NCBI GenBank assembly: GCA_039799905.1
Contig: JBDLRP010000021.1
Span: 246,119-310,118, forward strand
Direction: 5' to 3'
Length of the DNA stretch: 64,000 bases
Source: Pseudomonadota bacterium
GTDB lineage: Bacteria > Bdellovibrionota_B > Oligoflexia > Silvanigrellales > Silvanigrellaceae
The position numbers and the translations under genes are program-made. The notes under the pieces were generated by a model. It saw only the letters and a program-made list of their open reading frames with translations, did not search any database and had not been told where the DNA came from. This document shows positions 59,245 through 64,000 of this stretch, in pieces; the first letter of the stretch is position 1; every line of letters begins with the position of its first letter.

Positions 59245-59335
59245 CCATCACCTCTGGAGAAGGTTTCGGATTTTTTATTAAATTCATTAGTTTAAGATTT
59301 TTACATCAAAATATCAGCATCTTAAAAAGCACTAA

Positions 59336-60358
59336 CTAGGTCGATATCGAGCGAAGAAAACGTGGAGTTGCGATGAATCCCATCGCCTTCAAGCTCAACT
59401 GCTGCGCGCCCCCGTAGATACCGACGAGGAGACATTCGTTGCGCGCACTAGCCGCACTCAGCCGGTATTCAAGCTGGGAATTGAACTGGCTCCAACTTTC
59501 TGTGGTCGTAGAAAGTTGTTCAGTTTGGGGAAGACCCGTCATCCAATAAGTCCTTGGCAACAGTGCGACACAAGCCTCTGGATAATGAGCTTGGAGTTCA
59601 GGAACGTCATCAGGCTCAACCCACCATGACTTCTGATGGTCGACAGCGAGAGCCTCAGGAAGAACAATACGACTGAGCCTTTCAGAAAAATTTTCTTTGC
59701 GCACAGACCAACGATAAAAAATCGTTCCCTTTGCAAACACACTTTTTACGAGTGGAAGAACCTGCCAAGAAGATGGTATTGCAGCGAACCCCAGATCGGT
59801 CGACGACAATGCCAATTGTTGCAAAAAGGTTTTGGGACCTTTGAGATCGAGCCTGTCAATAACACCCGGCCCCCAGCACCACTTCCATTGTGGCTCGTCG
59901 CGGACCTGAAGATAGAACTTGACCGAGGTTTCCCAGTGCTCGACATGCTGCTGGTGCTGATTGAAAAACAGGAAGTCAAATTCTCCCCATGTTTTGACCC
60001 CGCTCGCTCCAAATGGCTCACGCACGGCAACACGGGTTTGAACATTCTGAGGTCCGAATGCATGGCGCAAGATGGTCTCGACATAGAGTTCGAATCGAAT
60101 GCCAAGCCTTCCTGAAGCAAGCATCGGCAGTGAGGATCTGAGTTCTGCGAGGCAGGCGTTACGTTTGCCGACGTCAGACAACAGACCACACGAATCGGCG
60201 GTCGTCAGGTGCCTCATTTCGTTCGGATGAGTCATCGGTCCCGGCAGAGACGGAATCATTCCTGCGGGACACTGCGATTGAGCAAACTTCGAGGCCGACT
60301 GGGAGAAAAACATGGGTGAGCTCAACACCCAGTTCAACTCTTGTTCAACGAGGTCCAT
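59336..60358 (-). CDS. DUF1853 family protein
   Basis: RLGIRFE, GEFDFL, HWETSVKFYL, GPG..DRLD.K. Confidence 0.85.
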   Translation of the reverse strand: MDLVEQELNWVLSSPMFFSQSASKFAQSQCPAGMIPSLPGPMTHPNEMRHLTTADSCGLLSDVGKRNACLAELRSSLPMLASGRLGIRFELYVETILRHAFGPQNVQTRVAVREPFGASGVKTWGEFDFLFFNQHQQHVEHWETSVKFYLQVRDEPQWKWCWGPGVIDRLDLKGPKTFLQQLALSSTDLGFAAIPSSWQVLPLVKSVFAKGTIFYRWSVRKENFSERLSRIVLPEALAVDHQKSWWVEPDDVPELQAHYPEACVALLPRTYWMTGLPQTEQLSTTTESWSQFNSQLEYRLSAASARNECLLVGIYGGAQQLSLKAMGFIATPRFLRSIST

Positions 60359-61226
60359 TGTCCTTCAAAACACTCTGGCATTGTGCAGGAAGTGCAGGAA
60401 GTGGCTCGGGCGTGGGATTAGGATTGTCGCGCTGCCACTTTTTGCGAGCCTCGTACATTTGCCTCCATTCGGCCGAAAACCACCATGAGAGTTCTTCGCC
60501 GTCACAGCCGATTTCAGTGGGCTCAGGCCGGCTTCTGCAATTCGGACTACTGCCGTCGGCAGGACATTTGAGGCGGACATGAAAATGTTCATGGTGACCC
60601 CACCAAGGAACAATTTTGCTCAACCATGCCTGCTTATTGGCTGGATTCTGACAAATCTTGCGTTTGATTGCCGGATGAACAAAAATCATCGAGACACGCG
60701 AATCGCTCGCTGCAGCGCGCAACATGGTGACGTACTTCTCGTCCCAATTCTCACGAATTATGTCGTTGGCATCCAAATCGGCAAGGTAATAATCCGTCAG
60801 TTGCTCGCGCTCGGCAACAGTCAGCGGTCTTTGCAGGCTTCGCGGGTCCTGCAGAAATTCAACATCGATATCCAGACCGATTTGGTGGCTGGCGTGAGCC
60901 CAAGTGTACGGGCCTCCGCGCGGCATCGACACATCCGCAACCAACAGAGACATATTCAGCGGCCGCAAAACTTTGCCAAGACTCTCGATGTAGGAGTGCG
61001 CTGTCCGGTGACCCCAGTAGCTGTTGCGTGAGAGCCTGATGTACTGAAATCCGAAACCACTTTCTGAAGGTGCGCCGGCACCCTGCAGGCATCCCGCATT
61101 GTGGCTGCCAAAGATTTCCTGCGTTCCCTGAGAAGGAGTGCTGACGTTTTCCCAAGGGTTGAAAAAATCTCCGGCGGAGGCAAAGAGCGCAAAAGACGCT
61201 GCAATGACGGACAAGATTTTTCTCAT
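60345..61226 (-). CDS. mepA: Penicillin-insensitive murein endopeptidase
   Basis: GCLQGA, SRNSYWGH, DVSMPRGG, HASHQIGLDID, PWWGHHEHFHVRLKCP. Confidence 0.93.
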   Translation of the reverse strand: MRKILSVIAASFALFASAGDFFNPWENVSTPSQGTQEIFGSHNAGCLQGAGAPSESGFGFQYIRLSRNSYWGHRTAHSYIESLGKVLRPLNMSLLVADVSMPRGGPYTWAHASHQIGLDIDVEFLQDPRSLQRPLTVAEREQLTDYYLADLDANDIIRENWDEKYVTMLRAAASDSRVSMIFVHPAIKRKICQNPANKQAWLSKIVPWWGHHEHFHVRLKCPADGSSPNCRSRPEPTEIGCDGEELSWWFSAEWRQMYEARKKWQRDNPNPTPEPLPALPAQCQSVLKDNGPR

Positions 61227-61339
61227 AGTATTGTTCTCCAGCGGGAAATCTAATCGCTGGAGATATCCTCCGCAACAAAAGAGAGCCAAGAGCACGACGG
61301 CACTTGACTCAGAAAAAATGATCGGAAAGCAGAAAATTG

Positions 61340-62221
61340 TCAGTGACTGCCTGCAGCCATGCCACGTCGGCGCTTGCCAGGGGCAGGAACTGCCTCAATG
61401 ACAGGAACAGAATCGGCTTCAGCCTGTCCGGAATAGTCTAGGTCCCACATGTTGAATTCAACCTGTCCCGAAGAGAGTCCGTAAATTGCCGTGACGAGCG
61501 AGACTTCCTGATGTTGGAGTTTCTCGCGCACAATGGCGGACTTTTTCATAAGTTCACGCGCAACCCCGGCGGTATTTGCCTTGACGGGACCGCGCAGAAG
61601 TTTGTCTGATGACATTGGCTTGAGTGAACCAAGATAGGGGCGGATTTTTGCGACGAGTCTGTCGAGATCCACAGAGCCTGCCGACTTGCCCAAGGGTGTC
61701 GACAAGGCTGCCTTGACAGCACCGCACGACTCATGACCCATCACGACGATGAGCCGGGCACCCAGATGTTCCAATGCATATTCAATGCTGGCAATCGGTC
61801 CGGCATCAAGAACGTGACCCGCGTTGCGGACGACAAAAACGTCACCGAGTCCCTGATCAAACACAACCTCTGGTGGAACGCGCGAATCTGAACAAGACAA
61901 AACAACGGCAAACGGACGCTGAGTGGTCGCCAATTCCATTCTCGTCTTGTCGTCACGGCGGGGGGAGGTCATTTTGTTCTCGACAAATCTCTGATTGCCC
62001 TGACGCAATAGTTCGAGCGATTCACGCGGTGGCTTACCCTCCGGCGCCGCATTTCCCGAGTGTGATCCACGTCGGGAATAGGAGTCGTTTCGTTCGCGTT
62101 CAATTGCACGCGACTGCTCGGCATCGTTGACGATCGTCAAATCAGGCACCCGCGGATTGTCTGCAAGTGCAAGCGGATTTGCCGCTGCGAAACCGACTAT
62201 CGTAAGCAGTATGCGTTTCAT
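61340..62221 (-). CDS. Exported beta-class carbonic anhydrase
   Basis: GNQRF, LSCSDSRV, FVVRNAGH, GHESCGAV; signal peptide ending ALA. Confidence 0.92.
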   Translation of the reverse strand: MKRILLTIVGFAAANPLALADNPRVPDLTIVNDAEQSRAIERERNDSYSRRGSHSGNAAPEGKPPRESLELLRQGNQRFVENKMTSPRRDDKTRMELATTQRPFAVVLSCSDSRVPPEVVFDQGLGDVFVVRNAGHVLDAGPIASIEYALEHLGARLIVVMGHESCGAVKAALSTPLGKSAGSVDLDRLVAKIRPYLGSLKPMSSDKLLRGPVKANTAGVARELMKKSAIVREKLQHQEVSLVTAIYGLSSGQVEFNMWDLDYSGQAEADSVPVIEAVPAPGKRRRGMAAGSH

Positions 62222-62258
62222 GCTTCAGATCTCCTCAAAATCAATCAAGCAAATTCAT

Positions 62259-63674
62259 TCAAAATCCGGAAACATTGCCAATCTTTGTATCACCTGCAGT
62301 TTCCGACTCGCTGTCGCCCTCGAAAGGAATGACATCGCGAGCGCGGGTCTTTGCACTGATGCGTTGTGTCTGGGGTTTTGTTGCAACAGGGGCTGGAACT
62401 TGCGCGCTGCGTGATTTGAAGTTGCGGGTGATTCCGTTCTGCGCACTCCCCGCGGGAGTCACGGCTGCTGCGGGCTGCGGCTGCAGAGCACGGGCTGCGA
62501 CCTGCGGCTTCTCACCCTGACGGTTGTCCTGCGCTTGTGAGGCTTCGAACGTAGGCGCCATTTCAGCTACCGACTTTGCAGACTCTTCATCAATACTCGC
62601 CCTGTGCAAGAGCGAGGAACTCAGTGATGCAGAACTCTGGCGCAGATCTTCGAGACACGCTTTGAACTCACTGCGCATCTGAGCAGACTCTCCTGCGGTT
62701 TCGCTCATGAATTGCGACGTCGTTTCGAGCTGGTTGAGTGACTGGCTCATCTTTGCAAGCGAGTCGGCGAGTTCAGCGTTCACGGCAACAACACCGCCGA
62801 TCATCTTTTGCGATTTGCGGATCTGTTCGAGGGTCACTGCGATTCCCTTTGTCCCTGAACGAATGGTGTCGATTGCGCGTTTGGATGTTTCACCGCTGTC
62901 ACGGATGAGGACGGAGATGTTTTTTGCCGACGCCGCGCTGGTTTGAGCCAGATTTCGGACAGCTTCAGCAACGATAGCAAATCCGCGACCCTGTTCTCCG
63001 GCGCGTGCGGCCTCGACTGCGGCATTTACGGCAAGAATATTGGTCTGAAAGGCAATGGACTCAATAACACCGGTGATTTCCTCGAGCTTGCGGGTCTGCT
63101 TGACGAGACCGCCGAGTGCCTCAATCACCTGACTCAACTCCGCCCCGCTTTTTTCTGATACATCAACGGCCGAGCGTGCGTTTTTGTCGGCGGCCTCAAC
63201 TTCAACTGCCAATCGGTGCAATGCCGACGAAACCATTTCCAAATAGACCGAAGCCTGATCAACGGCCGTGGTGCTCTGCTGAGAGCTCAGCTCGGCCTTG
63301 TCGCTCGCCCGTGTCAGTTTCTCTGTGAGCCGGTTCATAGTTTCATGAGCCTGGACGACTTGATAACTACGCGACGTCAACCGCGCAAAGAACCGCATCA
63401 GAAAAAACGAGAAAACCGACAGAACCAGCGAACCCGTCACCACAGCTGCGCTGAAAAGAAGGAATTCTGACCTGTCGTGAACCCGTGCAAGCTGGTTGGC
63501 GATCTCAACACCTTTTTCAGCCGGCAGCTCGACGATGGCGCGCTTGGCCACATCAACGAAGTTGCCAATGATGTTGAAACCAAACCAAGTCACCAAGCCA
63601 ATGGCCGCCAGCGGCAGGCAGACAATCAGCGCGAAGATTCCGCGCAACCAGTGCCCCCAGTGCTTGAGTTTCAT
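62259..63674 (-). CDS. Methyl-accepting chemotaxis protein
   Basis: IAFQTNILAVNAAVEAARAGEQGRGFAIVAEAVRNLA; two N-terminal TMs. Confidence 0.93.
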   Translation of the reverse strand: MKLKHWGHWLRGIFALIVCLPLAAIGLVTWFGFNIIGNFVDVAKRAIVELPAEKGVEIANQLARVHDRSEFLLFSAAVVTGSLVLSVFSFFLMRFFARLTSRSYQVVQAHETMNRLTEKLTRASDKAELSSQQSTTAVDQASVYLEMVSSALHRLAVEVEAADKNARSAVDVSEKSGAELSQVIEALGGLVKQTRKLEEITGVIESIAFQTNILAVNAAVEAARAGEQGRGFAIVAEAVRNLAQTSAASAKNISVLIRDSGETSKRAIDTIRSGTKGIAVTLEQIRKSQKMIGGVVAVNAELADSLAKMSQSLNQLETTSQFMSETAGESAQMRSEFKACLEDLRQSSASLSSSLLHRASIDEESAKSVAEMAPTFEASQAQDNRQGEKPQVAARALQPQPAAAVTPAGSAQNGITRNFKSRSAQVPAPVATKPQTQRISAKTRARDVIPFEGDSESETAGDTKIGNVSGF

Positions 63675-63720
63675 GTCGACCTCCCCTGTTCACCTTCCGG
63701 AAATTCCGGATCTCTCCTTG

Positions 63721-63747
63721 GGATCGGCCTAAACGGCTGAAACTCCA
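63721..63747 (-). promoter_or_regulatory. Sigma28 (FliA)-like promoter of the MCP gene
   Basis: TGGAGTTT-N11-GCCGATCC versus consensus TAAAGTTT-N11-GCCGATAA. Confidence 0.55.
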
Positions 63748-63889
63748 GCAAAGGCGTCAAAAGACCCCCTGTTACAAATATGCCTAGATTAAGAGCATAT
63801 AAAACCTCATCGGGCGTAATGAGCCCGAGGCCCCCAACAAAACTTGACCCGTGTCGGGTTTGAGTCTAGCCCTGAATGTAAGCCGCTAG

Positions 63890-63998
63890 GAGAGGTGGCT
63901 AGAGGACGTCTGATGGTGTGTCCATCCAACCCCGCCAGGGCCGGAAGGCAGCAACGGTACTGGTCACAACAGGTAGGCCCATCTTCTAGTCGCCCCTC
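63890..63998 (+). ncRNA. ffs: Signal recognition particle RNA
   Basis: Domain IV CCCCGCCAGGGCCGGAAGGCAGCAACGGTA; terminal pairing of GAGAGGTGGCTAGAGGA with TCTTCTAGTCGCCCCTC; the 3' end may extend past the window. Confidence 0.88.
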
Positions 63999-64000
63999 GT

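Noticed and set aside
63675..63840. c-di-GMP riboswitch upstream of the MCP
   Set aside because: I could not find the GEMM-I or class II conserved motifs; only short hairpins are present

Overview
Chromosomal window from a flagellated Gram-negative bacterium. Gene content (futalosine-pathway MqnD, clpS-clpA, deltaproteobacterial-style ccm and flagellar gene order, many orphan Cys-rich lipoproteins) suggests Bdellovibrionota/Oligoflexia, which is an inference. From left to right it holds: a haem/cytochrome c block (nrtR-like regulator, hemF, ccmF-ccmH fusion, CcmI-like fusion, small orphan); a transglutaminase-elicitor-like exported protein; a short flagellar operon (TPR protein, GAFTGA-less NtrC-type regulator, flgB flgC fliE fliF); and housekeeping genes (plsC, AKR, terC, greB, clpAS, rlpA, phhA, comF, rlmH, rsfS, obgE, rpmA, rplU, mqnD) followed by tRNA-Ser(GGA). 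Next come an accessory-looking, lipoprotein-rich stretch (about 31.6-48.7 kb), a rubrerythrin-FeS oxidoreductase-DUF3501 cluster, a SpoIIE phosphatase, a Cys-rich repeat lipoprotein with DUF1800/DUF1501, mepA, an exported beta-carbonic anhydrase, an MCP and SRP RNA. I found no CRISPR array, transposase or integrase. The strongest leads are the GAFTGA-less flagellar regulator with an upstream tandem box array, the transglutaminase-like gene sitting where fliG is expected, the MCP plus exported carbonic anhydrase pair under a sigma28-like promoter, the internal signal peptides in both ccm fusions, and a possible orphan Cas11-like protein at the left edge. All family calls are from motif recognition by eye; no searches were run.
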